The notes under the pieces: model-generated
The model's database searches: none
What the model saw: the letters and a program-made list of their open reading frames with translations, nothing else
What the model was told of the DNA's origin: nothing
Part shown: positions 9,244 through 20,200 of the stretch, piece by piece
Layout: every line of letters begins with the position of its first letter
How positions within the stretch are numbered: position 1 is the first letter of the stretch
Assembly (NCBI GenBank): GCA_021734865.1
Contig: JAIPIC010000001.1
Span: 4,166-68,165, forward strand
Length of the DNA stretch: 64,000 nt
Reading direction: 5' to 3'
Source: Candidatus Woesearchaeota archaeon
GTDB lineage: Archaea; Nanobdellota; Nanobdellia; Woesearchaeales; JAIPIC01
Translations under genes and position numbers: made by a program

Positions 9244-10569
9244 ATGAATGATACATTTATGCCATATGATCCACCTGACTGTCCAGAATTGCTCAGGCAT
9301 GTAATAAATAGTTTCAGGTTCGATGGAAAATTTGATCCATATTCTGATAATACTATGAGACTTATAACACATTCTGCTGACTTGGCACACCAATTCCACA
9401 AGGGTCAGACAAGAATCACTGGAGGCCCATATACAACCCACCTTAAGGAGGTTCTGGGTGTCATTTTTGATTCATTGGATGAATATAATCAGAAAGCTAA
9501 CCATCATGTAAATCTTCCAGCACACGTAATAATTACTGCAATCCTGCACGACGGGGTAGAGGATGAAGAAGGCCTGAGTTTTTTGAACAAACAGCTAAAA
9601 GAAAATGGGAAAGGTCCAAAAATTGCAGCTTCCATAAAAGAAAGAATTGTGAATAGGAGAGCAGAAGTATTGGATACAAGGATATCAGAGCTATCTGATA
9701 TTGTCGAGCAGACAATCCCACATGAGAAACATCCTGTCTATGCAAATCTAATCAAGAACGTTAAAAATAGAGTCGACACACTGACAAGATATGAAGAGAA
9801 ATATCTTTTTCATGAATCGATGTACAAAATCTTTGATATATTACCAGACCGCCAAGATGATCTCACTTCATTGTTGGAAAGGGCTCTTGTCAAACTTAGT
9901 GATCGAGTCGCCAATCAAGAGGACAATCGTAAGAGATATGGTGAAACAACCGGTCAAGAATTGCAGACCTACCTAGAACAAAATGAGATGCTTATCCAGC
10001 GATATGGTAATATTGATCTATTAAGCAATCAGAGTCTGTCTTATGCCAAAGCGACTCATTCTATATGGAAATCAATTATCGTCCTGGATGCCATAGATAG
10101 AGGGTTGATGTCGAAATACAAGCATTTGATTGAAAATGATAATATTGAAAATGATAATAATCAGTACCATAAAGCGCTGCTCGGGATGATTGTTAATGTC
10201 AGACAGAGATTATGCAGGTCTGTCTCAAGACAAATAACATTCATTAAGACTCAAATTGGAGAAAATTATTTAACTCAAATTGACAAAAGTAATGCCTACA
10301 GTAGAGCATACGATTCTAAAGATTCATTTAAGCCCATGCTTCAGCGATGGCAGAAGTCAGATCAGTCCAAATCATATCTCAAGGATCTTGAAGCCAACCC
10401 AACTAAAAGTGATCAAACCTTTAGAGATATGATCAGTTTTCAGTCCCTTGTATCAACATATTACTTTAGGAAGGATTTTACATCTAAAATGACGGTAGAT
10501 GTGTACAGTTGTCTTGATAATCCTGCGAATATTCTAGTGTTACCAGCACCTAAACATCACAGAACTTAG
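9244..10569 (+). CDS. HD-domain protein of the SpoT/Mesh1 (p)ppGpp-hydrolase type with long C-terminal extension
   Basis: AHQFHKGQTRITGGPYTTH, AILHDGVED and LVKLSDRVAN match the RelA/SpoT hydrolase motifs. No synthetase motifs were recognised. TATA-like TTTAAA at 9216-9221. Confidence 0.8.
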   Translation: MNDTFMPYDPPDCPELLRHVINSFRFDGKFDPYSDNTMRLITHSADLAHQFHKGQTRITGGPYTTHLKEVLGVIFDSLDEYNQKANHHVNLPAHVIITAILHDGVEDEEGLSFLNKQLKENGKGPKIAASIKERIVNRRAEVLDTRISELSDIVEQTIPHEKHPVYANLIKNVKNRVDTLTRYEEKYLFHESMYKIFDILPDRQDDLTSLLERALVKLSDRVANQEDNRKRYGETTGQELQTYLEQNEMLIQRYGNIDLLSNQSLSYAKATHSIWKSIIVLDAIDRGLMSKYKHLIENDNIENDNNQYHKALLGMIVNVRQRLCRSVSRQITFIKTQIGENYLTQIDKSNAYSRAYDSKDSFKPMLQRWQKSDQSKSYLKDLEANPTKSDQTFRDMISFQSLVSTYYFRKDFTSKMTVDVYSCLDNPANILVLPAPKHHRT

Positions 10570-10664
10570 AATACAGCTAGAACAAAAACTGTAAACAACA
10601 CAGGTCTTATTCCGTATTTGATGACGTTTTGTAAAACGTCTTTGATTTTTGGATTTGTCGGCAT
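10566..10664 (-). CDS. Possible 32-aa hydrophobic peptide MPTNPKIKDVLQNVIKYGIRPVLFTVFVLAVF
   Basis: Hand-translated. It lies downstream of a minus-strand TTTATATA box (10730-10723) and its stop overlaps the HD gene stop. SD spacing is poor. Confidence 0.25.
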   Translation of the reverse strand: MPTNPKIKDVLQNVIKYGIRPVLFTVFVLAVF

Positions 10665-10889
10665 GATTTCATCATAACCGCCTCCATAATTCTCCCAACT
10701 GATGTACTAAAACATATTTTAATATATAAATGTTACTATTCTGTATACTAAGTTGATGGGCTTCTATTACACCCGTCCCTAGTTCCACTATCAATGGGCA
10801 TTCTAAGAATTTGGTGTTGTTTTTTTCAGACTGTAATTCTGAACTAATCTGGAAATAACAAATCTCAATTCCAAAACACATAAATACTA

Positions 10890-11049
10890 AATTAGTACTA
10901 ATTAATTAATTCATTAGTAATGCTTTAGATATAGGGATTTTACCGTCAATGTACACTATGGTATACTAAGCTATTCAATCAAAATATTTATATACCAATA
11001 GTACTTTTTTATCAATGTTTTAGTACTAAACAATTTTTTATCTTGGTGA
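10890..11049 (+). promoter_or_regulatory. Promoter/operator of the giant-gene operon
   Basis: TATA box TTTATATA at 10987-10994 after an A-rich BRE-like stretch. Palindromes AATTAGTACTAATT (10890-10903) and TTTAGTACTAAA (11019-11030). GGTGA SD at 11045-11049. Confidence 0.65.
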
Positions 11050-11053
11050 CTGA

Positions 11054-11227
11054 ATGGTTAGAGTTGTAGTAAATAATGGGCAATACAAACTTACGATCCC
11101 TAAGGATCTAGCTAATTCTAAAAGGTGGACCAAAGGAACCAAGCTTCGATTTGTAGAAGATCTCGACGGGCGAGTTTTCATTGTCGAACTCGAAGGAACA
11201 GAAAAGGTAAATGATGAACTGGAATAA
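11054..11227 (+). CDS. AbrB/MazE/SpoVT-family DNA-binding protein (57 aa; absent from the ORF track)
   Basis: MVRVVVNNGQYKLTIPKDLANSKRWTKGTKLRFVEDLDGRVFIVELEGTEKVNDELE fits the swapped-hairpin pattern GQ-x-x-TIPK...W-x-x-G-x-x-L-x-F...G. It has a GGTGA SD and overlaps the start of the giant gene by 17 nt. Confidence 0.85.
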   Translation: MVRVVVNNGQYKLTIPKDLANSKRWTKGTKLRFVEDLDGRVFIVELEGTEKVNDELE

Positions 11228-14200
11228 TTCAGATATACAGGGAACTGGACCTAAGATAAGTCCAACTAGGGTGCTAGTATTTGCCATCTTAATAGGGGCC
11301 ATAATGCTTGCGGTATACTACTCTGGTCCAAGCCACATTGCCCGCTCACTGGAGATATCACCAGCATTCGACACTGAGAACAATAGGCTTATTGGTAATA
11401 TGCTACTTTCTGAGGGGGACTTTGATGCGGGCACACATATTCGAGTCACATTGGATAACAAGTCAGCTACGATGACCACTGGATTACTTAGGGAGCTTCT
11501 TTGGCCTAGCGCAGGATACGGATACGGTTATGGTTATTTAGATATGGCTCAATTGGACCTATCGATCTTCGATTTGAATGTGTCAGAATCAGGAATTTAC
11601 ACATTACTTGTGGAGATTCTTAAGGAAGGCAATGTTATGTTCAGTGTTTCATCTGAACTAAATATAACCCTTAACAAAGTACCAGCTTATACTGGAAATT
11701 TAAGCGTTATCAATCTTTACGTCAATGAGACCACAAGCATTGATGCTTCACTCATTTTCTGGGACCCAGACGATGACAACCTGACTTTTGGCTGTTTGGC
11801 TGGTCAGAATATCCAATGTCAGACAAGCACACCAAACTACTATGTAGAGATTGTACCTGAAGATAATTTTACTGGTTCATCATGGATAGTCTTCAGCGCA
11901 TCTGACGGGCTGAATACCAGCACTAGTCCAGAGATTAGGATAAATGTCCTTAATGCTCTTGAAGAGACTGATCAAGGTGAAGATATGCAGTATACAGCTA
12001 CTGTAGGTAAACCTGTTAAGTGGAAGAAACGGATCATTTCTGACGGATCTGATCTGAATGTGAACATTCCTCCTGAAGCAAAATCAATCAGAATAGTAGA
12101 TAAGACTGAGAAAATGAATCTGGAGGATGCTACACTTGTCACTGTAAGTAATGTCTCAATGGAACTTGATGAGCATGAAAATGTGGTTGAATATATCGAG
12201 ATCAAAAAGGAGATTGAATCTGGAAATAGGGCTGCAGATGAATCAGAAAAAAGCAATGAGGACGCAAGAATATCTGGTGATACCACCTCTGCAAGTGAAA
12301 TGGATAAAATAAGAGATAACAGTACTAAAACTAAAGAATTGCAACTGGAAGAACTTTCTAAAGAAATCAACATAAATATTAATGATGTTATCGAGGGGAT
12401 TGCTCCTTCTTCAGAGGAAGAGAATAAATCAAAAGAACTTGCTGTTGAAAACAATAAAACTTCACTAATAGATTTGTATTATGAGACTCCTGCACCAGAG
12501 ATGGATGAAGAAGTCATAGTAAATACGAGTGAAGTATTTAGGAAAGACGTCGTTGTGCATTCTAATGCTTCTCTGCATTATAACAATATCACTGCATTCA
12601 GTGATGTACCTGAAACAAACAGGTCAAAAGTCCGCTTATACTGGAAGATCAATGGTTCCAGAGTTGATGTAACAGATGACGAAAGATTCAATGTGAGGCT
12701 TACTGACACAAATAATAACCTGCTTATAGACCGGATTTACTGGACCGTACCGCAGCTTAGTGAACAGTTCTTTGAGATTTCACTTGATTTATTGGACTTA
12801 AGGATAGTGGATACAGCAGTTTCAAGCAACTGGACAGTTTTCTTTGAAACATCCGAGAGTTATGAGACACTTTATATTAAAAATCTTAACACAGAAGATA
12901 TTTCTTATAACTCCCTTTATGTTTGGACAGGTTCGACATGGAATCCAAAGGACCAGATTACTAACCCAAACGTAGGAAATAATTATACCTTGTCTACCCC
13001 ATGGAATGGCTCAGAATATACAAAGGGTAAGATAGTCTTTACAATTACAAATGTAGAGAATTATAGATTGAATTTCACATTTGGAACCTTGAGTACGATA
13101 GCTGAAAACTTTGATTACTATGAATATAGAATAAATCCAACAACACAGAAATTCAGTATGGATTTTAATAATCTGGAGTTTTATTATTATCTCTGCTCAT
13201 TCAATGAAAGTTACTGGGAGTGCAATCCTTCAGTTGGAGATTATGGATTTAATGGATTCAACAGAACACTAGACGGAAATGAATCTGAGCATTATCTTAG
13301 GCTTCCTAAGAATTCGTCTGTAATGAGCATGAATATAACTGTTGAGCCGCTGTGCAATACCTCCCTATTTTCGTACAGTTATGCTGGCAGTGTTGGAGAG
13401 ACCCATGTCACGTCTGCAGACATAAGTACAGATGATCTTGAAGAAATGCTTGTAAGTTCAGACACTCTGCTAAGAACGTATGATACATCAAAGATTAACA
13501 TATGGAATTTCACAAGCCCATACACGATAAATGATATTGTATCTTCAAATATTGATGTTGATTCTGCATTTGAAGAGATTATTGTTACCGCAGACCTTAA
13601 TCTATTTTTACTTAATGCATCTGGACAGCAAATATGGAATATCAGTGATGAAGTTGATTATACTTCTGCCACATCAGCTATTGTCAAGACAGTTATCAAT
13701 AGAACAAGATACGATCAAGAAAACGCTTCGGGTATTCATTGTATTGGATGCGACAACAATAATTATGAGGTTAGGTATTCTCTGCCTTACACTGTTTCAG
13801 ATCCAGTATCATCCATGTGCTTTATTGAAGCAGCATACAATTATCAGGGAACAACACAAGGCAACTTAAAATTCTTACTAAACAACACGGAAAGAACCGT
13901 CAATAAATACAATATATTCACTTCCAATATACTCAACTACAATAACTCTGATGGGGTCGCAGATAATTTTGAGTGTTTGGGATGTAATTACAGTATGCTT
14001 AGGCAGCAGTTCAACTTTGAGTTTGATCAACCTGTAGATGCAAATGATTGTTATATTCAGACTGGCATCAATTACGTCGGCTCTAACAACCCAAATATAT
14101 CTCTCGAGATTCAGGATGTGACATATGATATTGATGAATCAGTCATAACAACAGAGGATGAACAGAATTATTATAATTTTACAGGAGTGGGCCCTACAGT

Positions 14201-17200
14201 CTCAAGATGCATAGGTTGTCAGGATTCAAATACCAGAGTTATCCATAATATTGATTTTACCTTCGAGGACAAATCAGATAAGTTTTGCTATGTGCAGTCA
14301 CCATTAAATTACAGGAACAATAAAAATGGAAGCCTTTTCTTTGAATTAAACAATACCATTTACAATGTCGATACATCAGCAATAAGTCATACAAATGAAC
14401 AGAATTTCAACAGGACTGATAATATTGTTGACAGTATTATGTGTGTTGGATGTTCTGACTATACAGATTCTGCATTTACACTTAATTACAATATCTCAGA
14501 TCCAGTAAATGCAAACTCATGCTATATCGATGCATTGTTTAATTTTAAGGGGAACAATTCCGGAAACCTCACACTGGAGCTCAACTCAAATACATATGAT
14601 ATTGATGAAACAAAGATCACAGAAAGCAAAGTTATGGAGTACACATATGATAATTATCTTAATACATCTTCAGGCCAGATCGATTTCAACCAGTTAGGAT
14701 TCCTTGGTCTTGTGGAGTTCAGCCTTGAAGATATAACTTTCCCTGAACCTATGGCAGCCGGTGAATGTTATGTGAAGACTGCTCTTTGTTATAATGGTTC
14801 TAAGACAGGTCAACTACTTCTTTCATTCTCTTCTGGGGGTGAATATGAAATCAATAATACAGACATTGTGAAATGTGAAACTAAAGATAATTTTTCATGG
14901 ATAGAAACAGAAGTCCCATGCGCCAAGATTAACTCTTCCAGTACTGTGTCTATGTATTGTAATGATAGTTGCTCTGGTGCAAACTATTACAGAATGATGG
15001 TAGATAATAATACTGTTGCTCCTAATGCTGTTTATATTTCTGATGAGTGGTATTATCCAAATACGGACTTTAATTATACATATATGCTGCACATCTGGAC
15101 CAATGCTTCATATGTATCAAACTGGACCAGGACTGAAGTCAATTGTTCAGACGTAACACCAGGATTGAATGTCACGTTCAGTTGTTCAGATTGTACGGAT
15201 GATAATGCATTCTATTTAATGGCTGACCAAAACTCAAGTGGTAATTCACATTACAAAAAAAGCAGTACCTGGTATCCTGTCCTTTATGCGGACCATCTTG
15301 TGAGGTTTTATACAAATACTTCGCTACGATACGATTATATTGACACAGAAGTTGATTGTAATGATCTTAATTCTTCCACGAATGTTTCATACTTCTGTGT
15401 TGGTTGTACAAATGTGTCAAATTATCAGATCATGATGTCAAGTAGCAGTTCAGGGAACGCGTCTTTTTCAATCAATAATGGTACAACTGTATCCACAATA
15501 GATGAAGAGGATACTCTAACAAGGTTAAGGATCAATAACAGGCTTTTTGACTGGATTTATACTGAAGTGAATTGTTCCTTGATAGAGAATGCTGTAAATA
15601 TCACTTATGAGTGCGATGGATGTAATGATTCTAACAATTTCCACATCATGACTGATAGTAATTCTAATGGTAATTCGTTCATTTCCAGGTATAATGGTTC
15701 AGTATTTGCAAGTACTGCAAATGATATCATGAGTTTTATGTACTCAAACACGTCATTAAAGTATTCTCTTGTAAACACACCAGTTGGTTGTGACGACGTT
15801 GTTGCTGGAAACAATATCACATTCTTTTGTGAAGGATGCGATGATGATAATCACTATAATGTCTTGTCGGATAACGCTTCCAGAGGAAATACAACAGTAT
15901 CAATTGATGGGGGAAGTGAATGGACCTCAATTGAAAGTTCTGATCAGATGGTCAGTATTCTTGCATGGGAGAATAAAGGATATGATATTATTGTTGCTGA
16001 TGACACATATAATTATGTGAGGTCATTCAATTCCAGCGCAGATGGGTTATGGAATAAGAGCGTATTAGGCGACATATATGATCTAAGTGCAGCTGATATC
16101 AGTCCAGACTATGATGGTAATGAAATTCTGGTCGGAACAAGACTTAGAGCATATCTCCTGAACGCCAGTGGAGATGAAATCTGGCAGATGAGTGGGTGGA
16201 TTAAGAGTGTTGCTGCAGGAGAACTGGATAAAGGTGTTAGAGGTGTTGTTGGGAACAATAATGGAGAAATATATGAGTGTGACAGTATTGGCTGTACTCT
16301 TAAGTATTCATGGGGCACATCTATTAATAAGATTGGAATAGGGAATATCACAATTGACGATGGCAATGAGATCATTATCACAGGAGCAAATAAAAAAGTT
16401 CTTGTGCTGAACAATAGTTTTGGATATGTTTCAGAGCATACGATCGAATCAAATGTTTATGATATGCATATCGGAGATGTAAATCTTTTTAGCGGAGAGG
16501 AAACCGCTATAGTCGCACAGAATAATAATGTCGAACTGTTCAGTTTCCAACTACCTTATAACATTGGAATTGACGCAGGAAACACAGATGACGTTTTCAG
16601 TTACAATGGTTACTTAAGTTCCAAGACCATCATCAATGATGGAGAGTTAGTTAATGCTATTAATGCATATTTGGATACTTGTAATGATAAGTTATGTAAT
16701 GTTCCTTTCAATTTCACTGCTCAATCCCAGTCAAGATTCAACATAAGAGGTCTTTCGGTATCATTCAAGTACAATGCTTCAGGAGATGTGCAGTATGAGG
16801 ATAGTGCATGGAAATGGTCAAAAACAGATGATATTGATGTTGATGCAGAATATTACTATCTCGCAAGGAATTTCTCATATGGTCTGCCTGCTATTCCTAT
16901 ATATGTAAGAGAGATTACACCATTCACTGGGCTTGGTGATAATTTCACATTCAATCTTGATGTATGCAACAGTTCAGGTGCGTATGCTGATCTGGGTTAT
17001 ACATCACCAAACGGTATCAGTACTAATTGCGATAGGGATTACTTTATCAGCAACACTATACAAAGAGCAAATGATTATCTCTGGTTTAATAACAGCGCAA
17101 GAGAATCTCCTGTCATTGCAATGGTTTCAGAAGGGGACAATGGCAATAACCATGAATATACTGTCAAACTTGTCAGAAATACAGAATATATGCCAACGAT

Positions 17201-20200
17201 CTTTACTAATGTTACGTATGCTATTGCCATCAATGAGAGTAAATTCTTATCAGAAGTTGACCTTTTTGTTGATTGGTATGGAAACGGAACAATGTATAAT
17301 ATAACACCAGAAAATGCAAGTGCTAACTGTAATAGTTCATCATCTGATTATGAGATTAAACTTATTGATTCATATGAATTCTATGTATGCAAATATGATA
17401 ATGATATAAGTGGAATGAATGAATATTACAAATTCAAGCAGCCGCTGGTCAATACAACGGGAAATATTTTTGCGAATGCCACATACTATATCCATGGTCT
17501 GACCGCATCCGTTCCTCAGCTAAGCAATTTCATTGTCTCACCAAATGAATCACAATGGGGAGAATATATCAACTTCTCTGTAACTGTAACTGATGATGAT
17601 ATGACTAATGTCACCCTATTAGTATATGGTGATGAGTGGTCTGAAGTAGCAACATTAAACACATCTTTTGGAGGCGGTCAGCTTAGCTTCAATGTCTCGT
17701 CTAATAAAAGCTGGGTGGGAGACAGTGTAAATTATAAGTACAGTTTCTTTGATTATAACACTACAGACATTTTACATAATAATACCAATACTAGTGTACA
17801 GACCAATTTTGCTATACTTAAACACAATATTTCATACCAGACTGTAACAGAGAACTTGTCGGTGATAAATAGATATGAACCTAATCTAGATCATATTGTC
17901 ATCCAGATTAATGACTCAACAAATAATGGCCTTGTAACAGATGATGTTATATGTAAACTGTACTTTGATAACACTCTGAAGGACACGGATCTACCTAATT
18001 CATCAGCCCAATGTGCTTTCAATATTAATGGTCTTCTTCCTTCGATAGGTAACCACACTTGGCAAATCAGGATTGCAGACTCTCTCTATTATTATAACCA
18101 AAACAGTTCGGAATTCATTATTACAGTAGGTGATAATCTATCCGCCACTATCCTTCTTGATCCAATCAATGGTACAGAAGTTTTCAGGCACAATGATGCT
18201 ATTGGAACAAAAGAGATCAAGTGGAACGTGTCTGACATTGAATATATGGGTGGAGGAGAAGCTGACAATGCATTTATCAATATCAGTTGGAACGGAATAA
18301 CACAAAATTATACTGAAGTGAATGCTTCTGGTACAAACGGTTCATTCAATATTCCAGATGATTCGACACCGGGTATGACAAATGAGATGGTCATCAATCT
18401 GATCAAAGAAGATAACTGGAATTATACCAAAGTATTCTTTTATAATGTCTCCGGTGCTATCTACCCAATTATCGTAGAACCAGAAAATTATACTGTCGTT
18501 TCACAAGCAGGAGAGAACTCTACTGTGACACTTAAGATAAATGTCACAGATGACAATGGAAATTCTGTCGATGGTGTTGTTGTTGCATGGAATCTGCCAA
18601 ATGGAACATGTCTGAATGGAACTGGCAATGAATCAGACGGAATATACAATTGCAGTTTTGATCCGGATAATCTTGAACCCGGCAATTATTCTTGGAATGT
18701 AACTGTCTCAAAGAATAATTATGAAACTAGGACTTCAGAGTTAGGTTATATTACCTTATCAGGAACCGTATTTGAAGCAAATCTTAGTTTAAATCCAGAT
18801 ACTCCTGGACCTCTTTTCAGGTATGATAATGAAGTCTCTAATGCAACTCTTTACTGGAACATAAGCAGTATTTTATTCTCAGGAGATCCTCTGGATAATG
18901 TAACATATAATCTCTCATGGAGAAGAATTCCAAGTCAATGGAATCATACAATAGGATATTGGAAATTTAACAGAAATACGACTGATGATTCAGGCCCTCT
19001 AGGAAATGATGCTATGTTAGGTAATGGTACTTTAAGTGCACAGCCAATCTATAATGAGACTGGGTTTAGGGATGGTGGCTACAATTTTGATGGACTTGAT
19101 CAGTTTATAATGGTCAATGACACAGATGATTTCAATTGGAAAACTGGAGTCACGTTTTCAGCATGGATCAATACTTATCAATATGATAAGGCAGGGGGTT
19201 ATGGTCTTGTTCATAAACCAAACATGACATCTCTGCGTTGGATACGGGATGTAAATAAACCAAGCTTCATGGTTTACCTTGAGAATAAATGGATAAGTGT
19301 CAATGCGACTGTAAAGGTCGATAGATTCATGTGGACTCATCTAGCTGGAACTTACAATGCAAATGATCAGACCTTGAGGTTATATATCAACGGGGAACTT
19401 AACAATGTTGAACAGATTGCAGGTGTTACTGATTTTAATATAGCTCGGGTTAATGAGAGCTTATTCTTTGGTGCCACAAGAGAACGTCAGGATCTTCTTA
19501 ATGGTAGTCTTGATGAAATTAGGATTATAAACCGGACTTTGTCGGCTCGTGAAGTATACCATGAATACTTATTAGCGAATTATTCAGTGTTTAGCAGCGG
19601 CATCTGCAATTCAAGCGGCGCAAATGGAACTTTTGATATACCGGACTATGAATCTTTGGGAACTGACCATAATCTTTCTGTAATCCTGTCAAAAGAAGGA
19701 TATGGAAATACAGAATTCTCAAGACAATTCACAACATATGGGACATTTATCACTCAGACTATTGGACCGGATAATTATTCGACAGTCAATGCAACAGGCG
19801 GAGATAACATAAATCTTAGAGTTAACGTTAAGGATGACCTTGGAAATAATGTCAATGATTCAACTGTGACATTTAATACACCTCTTGGTGTATGTATCTA
19901 TGGGAATCTAAATGAGAATGGGGGATATTATAATTGCACTTACGATCCTCTGGATATTGTTACGGTTAATACCTATGAGTGGAATACAACCATCTCAAAA
20001 GAATACTTCAGGACAATCACTCCTTTAGGCGGTATTATCAATATCAATACAAGCTTAACGACAGTTGTAAACCTGACACCAGAATATCCTGGTCCAGCAT
20101 ACAGGCATAACAATTCTATATACAAAGACTTGTACTTTAACCTTAGTAGTATTTTAGATGCAAATGGCGCTGTTGACATTGTAAATATGTCAGTCTACTG

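Noticed and set aside
10672-10881. 69-aa minus-strand ORF (and 11108..11302)
   Set aside because: They span promoter and operator elements or lie antisense to the AbrB-like gene, with no protein-like features.
11054-11227. Antitoxin of a type II toxin-antitoxin pair
   Set aside because: No PIN/VapC or MazF toxin follows. The next gene is the giant surface protein.
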